Assembly (NCBI GenBank): GCA_000965745.1 | Contig: CP009479.1 | Span: 96,001-160,000 of the forward strand | Source: an uncultured archaeon | GTDB taxonomy: Archaea > Thermoplasmatota > Thermoplasmata > Thermoplasmatales > Thermoplasmataceae | Reading direction: 5' to 3' | DNA: 64,000 nucleotides | Shown here: in pieces, positions 10,172-21,391 of the stretch | How the letters are laid out: each line of letters begins with the position of its first letter | Position numbering within the stretch: the first letter of the stretch is position 1 | Notes under the pieces: generated by a model | The model's database searches: none | The model's input: only the letters and a program-made list of their open reading frames with translations | Told to the model about the DNA's origin: nothing | Position numbers and translations under genes: made by a program

Positions 10172-13100
10172 ATGAGCGTGAAAAATAAAATAATTTTTTC
10201 AATTATTATTACAGCACTCATGCTCCTGTCGGGGCTGAGCCTAATCGACACGGGTCTTGTTCACAACAGCTCAGGAAACAGTGCTCAAGCTAATCCATCA
10301 GTCACAAAAACCTATACCCTGACCTTCAAGGAGACGGGGTTGGAGAATTTGTTCCCCGGCTCAATGAACTGGACTTTAGTTCTCTGGAACTATTCTGGTT
10401 ACATCTACTACTTTTCCGGTACTCATGGGACTGTGAATGTAACACCCGGAACGTACAACTATCAGGCAACTGACTATTTTGGGCAGAGTACCCCCTATTC
10501 ATCTACCTTTACTGTAAGCTCGAACATGACTTTCAATGTCAGCTTCACTTCCCCGCAAAAGTTGGTCTTCAGCGGGGCTGGCTTGAGCAGCCAGTACTCC
10601 TGGGGAGTGATTCTTAAATCATTCTACGACAATGTGTATACATCCAACAGTACAGTGAAAGGAGGTTCCAACGTAGTTTACTACGGTATTCAAAGCAGCT
10701 ACTCCTACAGCTGGTACGAAGTCAAGAACGGCGTTAACACGACGATAGGAAGTTCATCAATCCAGATAGGGGCCGGAAGCACAGACTTCACCTTCAAGTT
10801 GCCCTTGAACGTTTTCAGCAACGTTACGGTCAAGTCAGGCACCCTTCCTGCAGGCACGAAGTGGTTCTTGATCCCGGTGGATTCCACTGCTTCAACTGTC
10901 TATTCAACAGGAAGTTCGGTCAATCTCACTCTGGAAAATGGCCCACACACATATGAGTATGGCTATGTGCTTCATAACGGCCAGAATATTGACATAGCAA
11001 ATGTGACGCTTGACTCCGGGGCGGTTAGCTCTTACACGCTTAAGTTCCCGTCCCTGACGAATGTTTCCTTCAAGCCGGTTTCGGCATTTCCAGCTTACAC
11101 TTACTCATGGGGAATAATGGGGAAGTTAGCATCCTCTGGGATTACCAACACATTCAATATTTCCTCCGCCACAATTCTAGAACCTTACGCTTTGCTTCCT
11201 GACGGCGCAGTAAATGTAACTCCGTACATAGTTCAGGGCAATCTGACTGGCCCCAACGGGGGAGGGTACGGAATACTTTCCTCATCCTACAATATCAACG
11301 TTTCCAGCTCCACCGCACTGCAGCAAGTGACTATCCCCAACTACAACAAGGTTACAGTCAAGGTAAACGGGATACCTTCTGGAACATATGCCACCATTTC
11401 AGGCATTCCGGGAAAACTCTTCGCTTACTCTGCCAATGTCCTTCAGGGGCAGTCATTCAGTTTCCTTGCACCCAACGGCAAGTACGCTTTCAAGTTGAGT
11501 CTCCCTAGCTACTACTATGAGGGATTCCAGTTCAATGTCACAGCAGGGGGAAGTTCGCAGACGACGAGCCTTGCATTGTACAATATCACTTTCCCCGCTC
11601 CTTACACATACACGACATTCTCTGTTGATGTGTTCGGTTATGAGCCCTATGATATTGTGTCCAGCGGAACTTCCACGCCAGGCCAACCCTTCTTCGTGTA
11701 CCTTCCAAACGGCACATACTCATACTATGACGTTGTGCAGTCTGCGGGACCTAGTGGCCTTTTTGTGCCAGATTCTGGCACGTTCAAGGTAGCAGGTTCC
11801 TCTGCCACGGTGAAACAGAATTTTCCATCCAAGTTCTACAATGTGACTGTAAAGGCCAACAACCTGCCGTCCTCGGCGAAGTGGAGTGCGTTCTTATCCT
11901 CAAGCACAAGCAACATTGAAGGAGTAACGAATACTACGTCGGGCGCAGCGTCGTGGGTATGGCTCCCCGCGGGACAGTATTACTTAAGCGTACAGTCCGC
12001 CCAGAATTCGACACAGTACTTCATGTCCAACTACAGCCTGGTCACGGTGAGTTCTTCTGGATCAAACATATTTGACCTGAATCTCACACCGAATTCCTAC
12101 ATCACCTTCTCGGAATCCGGCCTTCCGTCCGGAGCTTCCTGGTCTGTGACCTTCAACGGGAAAACCTACACCTCGAGTGCTTCAAACATAGTAACTTCGG
12201 TAGACATGGGATTCCTGACAGGGTCTTATCCCTTTGAAATCGGCAGCATCAACGGGTATTCATCAAATCCGGGATCAGGATACGTTAACCTGTCTGCAAA
12301 CTACTACCAGTCGAATTTTGAAGTGCCGGTTATCTTCACCCCGAACGGGCTTCCCGGCCAGCATGTGAGCATGAACACCTACACGCTGTCTGACCAGAAG
12401 CTCCAGACAGGCTCCTACTTCAGCACAAACCAGAAGGTTTCAGGCAATGCAATAGCATTTGACAGCGGAAGGGGAAATGTCTACATAGGGGAAACAAACC
12501 ACGGCGTTGCCGGGATAGCTGTCCTCAATTCCTCGACCTACGCCTTGAAGGATAACATTACCCTTCAGCAGGGAGGGAAGATACTCAGCATGGTTGTGGA
12601 CCAGTCCACCGGTTATCTCTACGCATCATACAGCTACAAATACTATTACCACATAGTTTCAGTGAATCTTGACACCTTTTCAGTGACGCTTACAACCGGA
12701 AATTTCGACTCTCCCGTCAGCCTGCTTGTTGATCCCGCAAACGGAGTTCTCTATGCGGCTGGCCAGAGGAACATCTATGCCCTTAACCCGTCATCTCTGG
12801 CAGTTGAGTCTGCCATACCGGTTCAGAATGATTTGTACAACAATTATTACTCGGCCTACAACCCTGAGCCTCTGTGGCTTGAGTACTCCAAAGCTACCGG
12901 GATGATTTACGCGACAGGGTACACCTTCAACAGCATACTGGAAATAAACCCGGCAACAAACACCATAGTGGGGAATTACAGTTTCGGTCCTGTGCCAAAT
13001 AGCTTTGAATACATTGGAGGCTCCCTCATTGACAGCGCCAACGGAAACATATACCTCGAGGTCACAAACACAGGTACATCCTACTCCCTTAGTTCACATC

Positions 13101-14287
13101 TTGAGGTGTTCAACCCGTCCACTGGCAAGTTCCTTGCGCCACTGTCCATACCAAACGGGACCAACTTCATGCTTGCCCAGAATCCGGCAAACGGAAACCT
13201 CATTGTGCCAATTGACAGATACCTTGTTCTTGGCTTTGCTTTCAGCGACCTTGCTGTGGGGACTCTGGCTGAGGTAAATGTCACAACAGGATCGGTTTAC
13301 AATAGCTTCCAGACTGGCCCAGACACGTACCAGGCAGCAGTAAACCCCAAAAATGGAGATGTGCTGGTTTCAAACATGGGTTCCGATGCCATAAACGTGA
13401 TATCGGCAGCTTCGGCTTACGGATATCTTAACGGGACCGTCTCGAACAAGGGTGCGACAGTAACAGTAGACGGCCTTTCCGTGCCATTGATAAACGGTGC
13501 ATTCAATGTTTCCCTTGCACCCGGGACGTATTTTGTTACCGTAAACGCCAACGGGTCAACCCCCGTGTTCAAGGAAGTGACGATAAAAGCTTACTCCACC
13601 ACGACTGTTGACATCCAGATGGCGCAGTCCACAACCTACAAGGTCTATGGCTATGTTACTCCCGGAACTGCTGCTGTTACACTCAACGGAATAAGCGCGG
13701 CAGTAAGCAAAACGGGTTACTTCACTGTGTATGCCTCCAGTGGCACCTACACGCTTTCAGCATACCTGAACGGATATTTCCCGTTCTCTGAAAACATCAA
13801 GGTTGCATCGAATGAGGAAGTGAACATCTCACTGGCAAGGGAGCCTGTACCCACAAGCGTTCTTGCCAGCACGAACGTGACTTCAGATGGGTTCAACGTC
13901 ACAGTATCCAACCTGACTGAGACTTCAAAGAACATATCTCTGGATTTCACTTCAACAGGAAACGGAACCATTACCATAGCAGTGCCGTACTCCGACCTGA
14001 AGAACCTGAACCTTTCTGAAATCCTTCACAGCAGGGTTTACATCGGTGGAACGCAGTACAGCAACTTCACGATAACAGTGAGTTCCAATTTCACGGTGAT
14101 CCTGACAGTGAAGGGGCTGGCTGGAGATCCGCACCTCGTGTGGTCTTTCTCATCAGCGCCCGTAATAGTGCCGCCACCATTGAAGGCCCCTGGCAATAGC
14201 ATGCTGATTTACGCAGGAATTGCGGCAGGAATCATCATAGTGATCGCAGGGGTAGGATACTGGTTCACGAGAAGGAAGAAACAGTAA
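10172..14287 (+). CDS. Large cell-surface glycoprotein: signal peptide, about 8 thermopsin-type beta-sandwich repeats, YVTN/YncE-like beta-propeller, PEGA-like domains, C-terminal TM anchor
   Basis: N-terminal hydrophobic signal; repeats such as FSESGLPSGASWSVTF and FKETGL; propeller blades (AFDSGRGNVYI, VDPANGVLYA, VNPKNGDVLVSNMGSDAINVI); many N-x-S/T sequons; ends in a TM helix plus RRKKQ. Confidence 0.85.
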   Translation: MSVKNKIIFSIIITALMLLSGLSLIDTGLVHNSSGNSAQANPSVTKTYTLTFKETGLENLFPGSMNWTLVLWNYSGYIYYFSGTHGTVNVTPGTYNYQATDYFGQSTPYSSTFTVSSNMTFNVSFTSPQKLVFSGAGLSSQYSWGVILKSFYDNVYTSNSTVKGGSNVVYYGIQSSYSYSWYEVKNGVNTTIGSSSIQIGAGSTDFTFKLPLNVFSNVTVKSGTLPAGTKWFLIPVDSTASTVYSTGSSVNLTLENGPHTYEYGYVLHNGQNIDIANVTLDSGAVSSYTLKFPSLTNVSFKPVSAFPAYTYSWGIMGKLASSGITNTFNISSATILEPYALLPDGAVNVTPYIVQGNLTGPNGGGYGILSSSYNINVSSSTALQQVTIPNYNKVTVKVNGIPSGTYATISGIPGKLFAYSANVLQGQSFSFLAPNGKYAFKLSLPSYYYEGFQFNVTAGGSSQTTSLALYNITFPAPYTYTTFSVDVFGYEPYDIVSSGTSTPGQPFFVYLPNGTYSYYDVVQSAGPSGLFVPDSGTFKVAGSSATVKQNFPSKFYNVTVKANNLPSSAKWSAFLSSSTSNIEGVTNTTSGAASWVWLPAGQYYLSVQSAQNSTQYFMSNYSLVTVSSSGSNIFDLNLTPNSYITFSESGLPSGASWSVTFNGKTYTSSASNIVTSVDMGFLTGSYPFEIGSINGYSSNPGSGYVNLSANYYQSNFEVPVIFTPNGLPGQHVSMNTYTLSDQKLQTGSYFSTNQKVSGNAIAFDSGRGNVYIGETNHGVAGIAVLNSSTYALKDNITLQQGGKILSMVVDQSTGYLYASYSYKYYYHIVSVNLDTFSVTLTTGNFDSPVSLLVDPANGVLYAAGQRNIYALNPSSLAVESAIPVQNDLYNNYYSAYNPEPLWLEYSKATGMIYATGYTFNSILEINPATNTIVGNYSFGPVPNSFEYIGGSLIDSANGNIYLEVTNTGTSYSLSSHLEVFNPSTGKFLAPLSIPNGTNFMLAQNPANGNLIVPIDRYLVLGFAFSDLAVGTLAEVNVTTGSVYNSFQTGPDTYQAAVNPKNGDVLVSNMGSDAINVISAASAYGYLNGTVSNKGATVTVDGLSVPLINGAFNVSLAPGTYFVTVNANGSTPVFKEVTIKAYSTTTVDIQMAQSTTYKVYGYVTPGTAAVTLNGISAAVSKTGYFTVYASSGTYTLSAYLNGYFPFSENIKVASNEEVNISLAREPVPTSVLASTNVTSDGFNVTVSNLTETSKNISLDFTSTGNGTITIAVPYSDLKNLNLSEILHSRVYIGGTQYSNFTITVSSNFTVILTVKGLAGDPHLVWSFSSAPVIVPPPLKAPGNSMLIYAGIAAGIIIVIAGVGYWFTRRKKQ

Positions 14288-14299
14288 AGAGTTGATATT

Positions 14300-14336
14300 C
14301 GGGGCCGGCTTGTGCCCCGGCGAAATCTTTTTTTTT
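14300..14336 (+). terminator. Hairpin plus T9 tract after the surface-protein gene
   Basis: CGGGGC(N8)GCCCCG stem at 14300-14319 followed by nine T at 14328-14336. Confidence 0.6.
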
Positions 14337-14435
14337 CCGGTTGTTGCTGAATTTAGAACATGTTGCACGGTTCTGAATCCGTATGGAAATAATCTGTATA
14401 GTTCTTAGATATAACGAACAAGAGGAAAATCCAAA

Positions 14436-15347
14436 ATGCCTTCATTCAAGTGGGAAACTCTGGGATTTGCATTCATTGTCACAGTCTGGGGCTTGAACTA
14501 TCCGGTATCCCTGGCAGGCATGGGGTATTCATCCCCGATTTGGCTGGCCTTTTTCAGGGCGTTCTCAGCTTTCCTGGCCTTTTCAGTTGTCCTGTTCCTT
14601 TTCAGGACAAAGGAGAGGCTGGATACAAGGCAGAAGATCATAGCTGCACTCTGCGGAATACCGGGATCCGTGGTATTCTTCGGGTTCTGGCTTGTCGGCA
14701 TGCAGACTGTTGCTCCCGGCATAGCCAGCGTCCTGATCACTGCATATCCGCTCTGGATGCTGTTCATGTCTGTTCCCATTCTCGGGGAGCAGCCGGGCAG
14801 GATGAAAGCAGCTGCCGCACTGTCAGGCTTCTTCGGTGTTGCCCTCGCTTCAAATGTCATATTCGATCATTCCCAGAACAGTGTCCTCGCTGATGCAGAA
14901 CTGTTGATCTCAGGATTCGGCTTCGGCTTCATGAATATAGTCTTCAAGAAATACTTCAGGGGAAGGGAGATGCTCAGGGCTAACTTCTGGCAGCTTGGGG
15001 GCTCACTGTTGCCCCTGGTTGCATGGGCCCTTTTTACCGAGCCCTTCAGCGTCATCCAGTGGAATGCAGTGTTTGTCGGGTCCGTGTTGTGGATCGGCGT
15101 CCTTGGTACAGCAATAGCGTTCACCCTCTGGTTTATACTGCTTTCAAGGTACCATGCATCCTCAATGGGAGTGTACATGTTCATGATCATTGTTGTGGCC
15201 CTGGTAGCCTCTTTCTTCCTTTATGGTGAACGCATCAATGTCATTCAGCTTGTTGGCGTAGCCATCATAATAGTGTCGATATATGTTGTGAACAGGAGCG
15301 ATAAAACTGCTGCTGTGAAACGGGAAAAAGCAGGCTCTGCCCAATAG
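14436..15347 (+). CDS. EamA/DMT family transporter
   Basis: VWGLNY, LAFFRA, PGIASVLITAYPLW, ILGE, GVLGTAIAFTLW, FLYGE; two EamA repeats, about 10 TM. Confidence 0.92.
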   Translation: MPSFKWETLGFAFIVTVWGLNYPVSLAGMGYSSPIWLAFFRAFSAFLAFSVVLFLFRTKERLDTRQKIIAALCGIPGSVVFFGFWLVGMQTVAPGIASVLITAYPLWMLFMSVPILGEQPGRMKAAAALSGFFGVALASNVIFDHSQNSVLADAELLISGFGFGFMNIVFKKYFRGREMLRANFWQLGGSLLPLVAWALFTEPFSVIQWNAVFVGSVLWIGVLGTAIAFTLWFILLSRYHASSMGVYMFMIIVVALVASFFLYGERINVIQLVGVAIIIVSIYVVNRSDKTAAVKREKAGSAQ

Positions 15348-15412
15348 TTTTCCCCGGGTTAACGACAACTTGGAAATAAAAACGTTTAAGGCTCCACCAC
15401 TATTATTGATCA

Positions 15413-18400
15413 GTGTCCAAGGCCCTGCTAAAGCAACTCTGTGGCAAACATGCCATTATCATACTTGTTATAATTATGGTCATTGTTCCCTCACTGCCGG
15501 CCTCTTTTTCAAGCCAGTCAGGAAGCGCAATTGAACAGGTGAAAGGTTCAGCAATACCAGGGAATGCCAATGGCAGCAGCATTACAAATTCCAGTTTTCA
15601 TACAGACATTCTGGGGAGCAGGATCACAGGTTATGTGGCCACGGGAAACAGTACAGTTCCCATAAACAAGAAAGTGGGGAGCCTTTCAGTCGTCATAACG
15701 TTAAAGTACCAGGACCAGGCAGGGTTGAACAGCTATCTTCAGGAGCTGCAGGACCCTTCATCCCCCTTCTATCACCATTACCTTACACACCGGGAATTTG
15801 TTCAGAGATATTCCCCTCCTGCTGAGGTTTACAATTCCCTGAACAAGTATCTCGCCTCCAGGGGATTTGATACAAAAACATATTCAGACAGGGTGTCAGT
15901 CGGAGTATCTGGGTCGGCCTCACAGTTTGACAGCCTTTTCCACACATCCATAATGAATGTGAAGAAGGGTAACAGCACATTCTACGCACCGGTGAAGCCG
16001 GTAAGCTTAGGCTGGCAGTATCATGGAGCAATATCCAATGTTGCCGGGTTGAGCGATGAGCATACGGCACAGATATCGCCTCTTTTCACCGGCCCGTCCG
16101 GTTCAGAAGTGCTTTTCGGCTCGGATCTGCAGGCTGCATACCAGCTGGACAAGCTTTACCAGGCAAGGGGGTACCCCACAAACGAGACAGTTGCAACCAT
16201 ACTCTGGTCGGGGGCATACAACGGAAGTTCTGTCGCCCCCTTCGTTCCATCGGATATTTCATATTACTTCAGCCACAACCTTCCTCCCGGGGAGCCAGAA
16301 CCTGTATTCTACGGCCTTCCTGTAGGAGGTGCGCCACTCCCTGGACCTTCGGCAAAGAACGATTCCACGCGGGCGAACTATGAGAGCACACTGGATCTGG
16401 AAATGGCCGGAAGCACGGCGCCTGGAGCCACCCTCGTGGAAGTTTACGGGCCGTCGCCAACAATGAGCTACCTTGACCAGGCTTTCGCAGAGATCCTCAA
16501 CCCGAATTACAACACTACACTCGACAACGCGCTCTCCCATGTGACTGCAATATCAAACTCATGGGGAGGAGGGGACAGCTATGATTCCTCCTGGGTACAG
16601 TATGAGCAGGAATCTGCTGCCAGGGGAATAACTGTCCTGGCATCATCGGGCGACAACGGGAACACGGGGAATCCTGCCCCTGGTTTTCCAGCGACAGTAG
16701 GGTATGACTCATACGGAACCCTGGCAGTGGGTGGAACACAGACTTCCGTCGCTGGAAACGCCTCAAATGATGGTACAGGCACCACTGGAATAGCTTCACA
16801 GTCTGTCTGGTACAATTCGCCCAGTTCGGGAGACGGTTCCCAGGGAGGCGTCAGTTCAGTATATTCCGAACCATCATGGCAGCTCAACAGCCCGGATGCA
16901 AACGGCGTCATAACAGGCAACAGCACGATCACGGGCGTTCAATCCGGGAGGGGGACTCCCGATGTTGCAGCAGTGGGGGCGAACATGTGGATGTATATGT
17001 CCACGTACTCCTACGGGACTGGTTATTACGAGTTATGGGGAACCAGTGTCGCCTCGCCGCTTGATGCGGGGCTCATAGCAACGATGGACCACTACACAGG
17101 GTCCATGGAGGGGTTCATGAACCCGCTCATATACAGCCTGGGCCAGGACCAGTTCCAGGGGCTGTACAATGGGCCGCCACCATTTTACTGGATCTACAAC
17201 GGATCGAATGGTGAATTTTCCTCCGCGCGTGGATACAACCTTGTGGACGGCTGGGGAAGCATAAATGCATACAACTTAATCCTTGCCGAGCAGAGTTTTG
17301 AAAGTGTCACCTTAACCGAGTCAGGGCTTCCTTCCGGAACCAGGTGGTACGTGAACCTGACAAACGGTCAGTCATTCTCGTCAACCAGCAATTCGATCTC
17401 ATTATCCGAGCCAAGCGGTACCTACGGCTACACCGCATCGTCGGAGAACGGGAGGCTCGTGCCTTCCTCACCCGCCGGACAGTTCAGCGTCAACGGCTCA
17501 CCGGTTTCGTTGGGTGTCACGTTCCAGGGAAGGAGCTATTCTGTTGTGTTCTCTGAAACCGGGCTTCCTCCACCTTATGAATGGTATGTAAATCTCAGCA
17601 ACGGGTTGAGCTCCGGGCCAATAAGCAGTTCTTCCTACACCGCCAGCCTTCCGAACGGAACTTATTCGTATACTGTCTCGAGCGGAAATAAAAGCTATTC
17701 CCCCGGCATATCATCAGGCAGTTTCACAGTCCAGGGCGCCGCCATGACGGTACCACCTGTATCGTTCTCTGAAGTAAGATATACATTCACTTTCAATGAG
17801 ATCAACCTTAAGCCGGGAATGACGTGGTATCTCAACGTATCAGGCCAGCATTCATCAGGACCCGTTTCGTCAACGTCATATAGCCTGAAGCTGCCCAACG
17901 GGACTTATTCATACACAGCGGCTTCAACCGACAAACGATATGTTCCTTCGCCTTCATACGGAACCGCCACGGTCAATGGCGGACCAGGCTAGCTGGCAAT
18001 ATCCTTCTCCGAACTGGACTATTACCTTAACTTCACTGAGTCAGGGCTTCCGGCAGGCACAGTATGGTACGCCAACCTGAGCGACGGCGGCACAGCAAAG
18101 GTTTCAGGTTCTTCTGCCTCTTTCAGCGAACCGAATGGAACCTATTACTACAACATATCCCGAGTACAGGGGTACGAGGCTTCCACCTACTCAGGGCGGG
18201 CAGAAATATCAGGGTCCGCAACGACGGTGCCGATAATATGGGCCGTGGCCAGGTACAATATAACATTCACAGGGCAGAACCTGCCTGCTGGTACAGAGTG
18301 GTACATCAACGTATCGGGCGCGAACCATGTTTCCTCTACATCAGGGAACATAAGCCTTGATCTTCCAAACGGCACCTACGGCTATACCTTTGCATCGGGT

Positions 18401-19069
18401 TCTCCATACTTCTCCGGTGGGAATGCAACACTGGATGTTCGTGGTTCAGGCATGACGATCCCTGTCCATTTCACACCGCTCTTCGCAGTATCAGTCAATG
18501 CGGGAGCGCTTCCCGCCGGATCGCTCTGGTACATCAACTTCACTTCTCCGGGCGGTTTTTTCAGGAATGTTTCTGGAACTTCAGGTACGCTGACAGCAAT
18601 CCTCCCGAATGGAACCTATGAATACAGTGCCTGGTATCCTGCATCTGATTCTGAGAAGACCGGCAGCGTTACAGTTGACGGCAGGAACAGCACAATATCA
18701 GCGGATTTCCACCGGACCTCAGTTATTTCCTTCAGGGAGTCGGGCCTGCCGCAGGGCACCAAATGGTCAGTAAGGTTCAATGGAACACTCAAGAGCTCAA
18801 ACGGCAGTTACCTGAATTTCACAGTCAGAGATGGAAACGGGACCTTCTCTTTTGAGGTGCCGGATGTCACCGGATACACTGTAAGCCGCCCTTCCGGTAG
18901 CATTTCCATAAACGGGACTGCCAGCAGTGCCAGTGTTGCTCTCGAATTCACAGCCATGAAAGAACCGGCCAGAGCCCCGGCCAATGCATACTACATTGCC
19001 ATTGGGGCAATGGCTGCCATAACGGTAGCATCAACCGCCGGATTCTACGCCCTGAAGCGGAGGAGATGA
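15413..19069 (+). CDS. S53 (sedolisin/kumamolisin-like) protease with pro-domain, 7 thermopsin-type repeats and C-terminal TM anchor; interrupted by one in-frame TAG at 17990-17992
   Basis: Pro-domain (PSSPFYHHYLT), ESTLDLE (Glu/Asp), SSGDNG, GTSVASP (Ser), GYNLVDGWGS. ORFs 15413-17992 and 18227-19069 share one frame, and 17993-18226 is open and encodes a further repeat (FTESGLPAGTVWYANL). Full length would be 1218 aa. Confidence 0.88.
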
Positions 19070-19142
19070 CGTCAGCCTCTGCAACGGGATAGGTTCCGGC
19101 AATATCAGCAACGGTTATATACAGCTAAGTGAGTGTGTAAGT

Positions 19143-20147
19143 ATGGGTCTATTTCAGAGTGTGGCCCTGAGAACACTAAAAAGGGCGGCAAGAAGAGTTT
19201 CCGGAGAGAAGGTTCCAACGATTGCAGGGCACAAGCTGCTATACACATGCAACCTCAGATGCCATATGTGCCCTTTCTGGAGGAGGCCGGACGAAAACCT
19301 CCTTTCACTTGATGAGGAGAAAAAGATGCTTTCATCCTTAGAGGAGCTGGGCGTCTCCTTTATGGGTTTCGAAGGAGGAGAGCCATTTCTGAGGAAGGAT
19401 CTCCCACAGATACTGGAATATTCACATTCACGCTTTCACACTTCGGTTGTTACCAATGGGTGGAAGCTGAAGGAAGGGCTTTCATCGGTGAAAGACAATA
19501 TCGACTACCTGTTCGTGTCCATTGACGGCATAGGAGAGACTCATGACAGGCTCAGAGGTGTAAAGGGATCATTTGCAAAAGCAATGGAGGGAGTTGAAGC
19601 GGCAAGCAATTTCATTCCTGTTTCATTAAGCAGCACAATCACCTCAGAAAACAGTGACGAGGTGGAGGATATAGTGGAGTTTGCAAAAAAAATGGATGTT
19701 TCAGTCTCGTTCCAGGTGGCCTATGACTATTCGACTGCAGAGAACATGTCGCCATCATCCCTTAAGCTAAAAGGCGCAATAACAAAACTACTGGAAATGA
19801 AGAAGGGCGGTGCCCCGATCCTTGAGTCGAAGGAGTATTTTGAGTCTGTGATAAACTCATGGTACAACGGCATCAGCTGGAAATGCAAGCCATGGCTTAC
19901 ACTGAATATCGACCCGGAAGGCCGGGTTGTCCTCCCCTGTTATGTCCTCAATGAATACACAGGATCGGGGAAGGTCTGGGAAATGGACCTGAGGAAAGCC
20001 TGGAACTCCGTCAACTGGGAGCTGTACGAATCATGCAACAAGTGTGCCCTTTCTTGTTACCTTGAGCCATCGCTCTTCAGCTGGGGAAATCCAGGGATGG
20101 TGAAGGAGAGAATAATCGACAGCGTGGTTTCGTATCTGAGGGCTTGA
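19143..20147 (+). CDS. Radical SAM protein with SPASM/twitch-type C-terminus (PTO1314-like family)
   Basis: CNLRCHMC, FEGGEPFLR, VTNG, VSIDG...HDRLRG, C-terminal CKPW...PCY...CNKCALSC. Confidence 0.88.
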   Translation: MGLFQSVALRTLKRAARRVSGEKVPTIAGHKLLYTCNLRCHMCPFWRRPDENLLSLDEEKKMLSSLEELGVSFMGFEGGEPFLRKDLPQILEYSHSRFHTSVVTNGWKLKEGLSSVKDNIDYLFVSIDGIGETHDRLRGVKGSFAKAMEGVEAASNFIPVSLSSTITSENSDEVEDIVEFAKKMDVSVSFQVAYDYSTAENMSPSSLKLKGAITKLLEMKKGGAPILESKEYFESVINSWYNGISWKCKPWLTLNIDPEGRVVLPCYVLNEYTGSGKVWEMDLRKAWNSVNWELYESCNKCALSCYLEPSLFSWGNPGMVKERIIDSVVSYLRA

Positions 20148-20684
20148 ACCTGCTCCTGCCCTGATTGGGCCCGGAAAGTGCCGGCCAGCTTCATCTTGGC
20201 ATGCAGGCATGAGCCTCCTGGCCATATGGAGCAAGGCTATGCCGAACAGAACTGCTCCAAAAATGTGCCCCCGCATGGATCGCAGTTAAGAGAGGTTGAA
20301 AGAAAGGAAAAGAAGGCTGAAGCTCCATCAAACACGCCTGCTGCGGCAACCAGTCTTATGATGAGGCACCTCCATCGCAGCTTCATCCTGATGGTAGGGG
20401 GGAAGAAGGAGAGATTGACCGGGACAAGGGCTCTGGAAATTATCATGAAGTGCCTGCAGTCAAGAAACACGGCAGTAAAACAGGCAGTGCTGGATGAAGG
20501 ATGCTCCTTAAGGTTTGAGTTTTGTCCAACTTGTTGGGGGCGGATTCCTGTCCTTTGTGTACAGAGGGGATTCAGGGATTATTTCTACCTGATGCCAATT
20601 GGCGCAATCTTCACATCAGCCGGTCTGCCAAACATTGATGAATGAAAGAAGAAATGAGACGGGATAATAACATGGCGGAATCCA

Positions 20685-21068
20685 TCAGTCGCATCCTGTC
20701 ACAGCAAAGTCCAGTTTTAGGTATTTTGCAAGAAACTCTTCACCGAAGATACTCCCTATTTCCTCACGGTTGAAAAGCCCCAGGATTTCATGGACAGTCA
20801 AGTCTGCAGGGCCAAACGGGGGCTTTTCATCCCTCTGGAGGGCATAGTACGAGAGATAACTCGCTGAGTCAACTTCGACATTGTCGTCCGTTATTATTTC
20901 AATCATGTTAAGAATAAGGATAAGCCACGCCTTGTATAGAGACATCAGCTTCTCTTCCTCATCAGTACCTTCATCGAGGTTTTCATCGGTTACCGAAATC
21001 AGGCCGAACCTCTCCTTTGCGTTCTCGAAATGGTCCTTTATAAGGAAGATAAACTCTTTTTCATTCAT
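20685..21068 (-). CDS. Hypothetical protein, paralogue A of 21688-22062
   Basis: 127-aa ORF from MNEKEF; shares W, R-x3-PPF-x-P, IL-x-L, EE-x3-IFG and YL with the 21688-22062 product. Confidence 0.7.
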   Translation of the reverse strand: MNEKEFIFLIKDHFENAKERFGLISVTDENLDEGTDEEEKLMSLYKAWLILILNMIEIITDDNVEVDSASYLSYYALQRDEKPPFGPADLTVHEILGLFNREEIGSIFGEEFLAKYLKLDFAVTGCD

Positions 21069-21391
21069 TGTCTGATTCCCATACCGTATTATCTTAGTGC
21101 AAGCTGAAGGGAAACCTGCTCGATCCTGCATGGTAGAAGCTGATCGAACTTCGATGGTCAAGGGTGAATCCACCGGAGAACCTCTTCGGGATGGTCGCCA
21201 TCAGCGAAGATTGTGTTTTTGCCTGCCTGTACAGAACCTGTGAGTTGCCTGCTTTCCTCGGTCCCTTCCATGCTTCATAAATAAATCCTATATGAATTGA
21301 ACTAATGTGCATTATTGCATGATATGCCTTCGGTGCAGAAGTATAGCCTGAGGCCAGGAGGTGTTATGGCAAAGATGATAAGGGAGATTGT

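Noticed and set aside
17990-17992. Pyrrolysine or genome-wide TAG recoding as the explanation for the in-frame amber
   Set aside because: TAG ends iorB, hutH, aroD and the EamA gene at their expected lengths, no pyl genes are in the window, and the aligned codon in repeat 1 is TCG, one substitution away.
18064-18360. 98-aa ORF bridging the two protease ORFs, suggesting a frameshift
   Set aside because: It is an alternative-frame artefact; the protease frame itself is open across this interval and encodes a recognisable repeat.
20178-20645. ORF with LMMRHLHRSF...LTGTRALEII faintly resembling an IS1634-type transposase C-terminus
   Set aside because: No DDE core, terminal inverted repeats or target duplication could be identified; similarity too weak to call.
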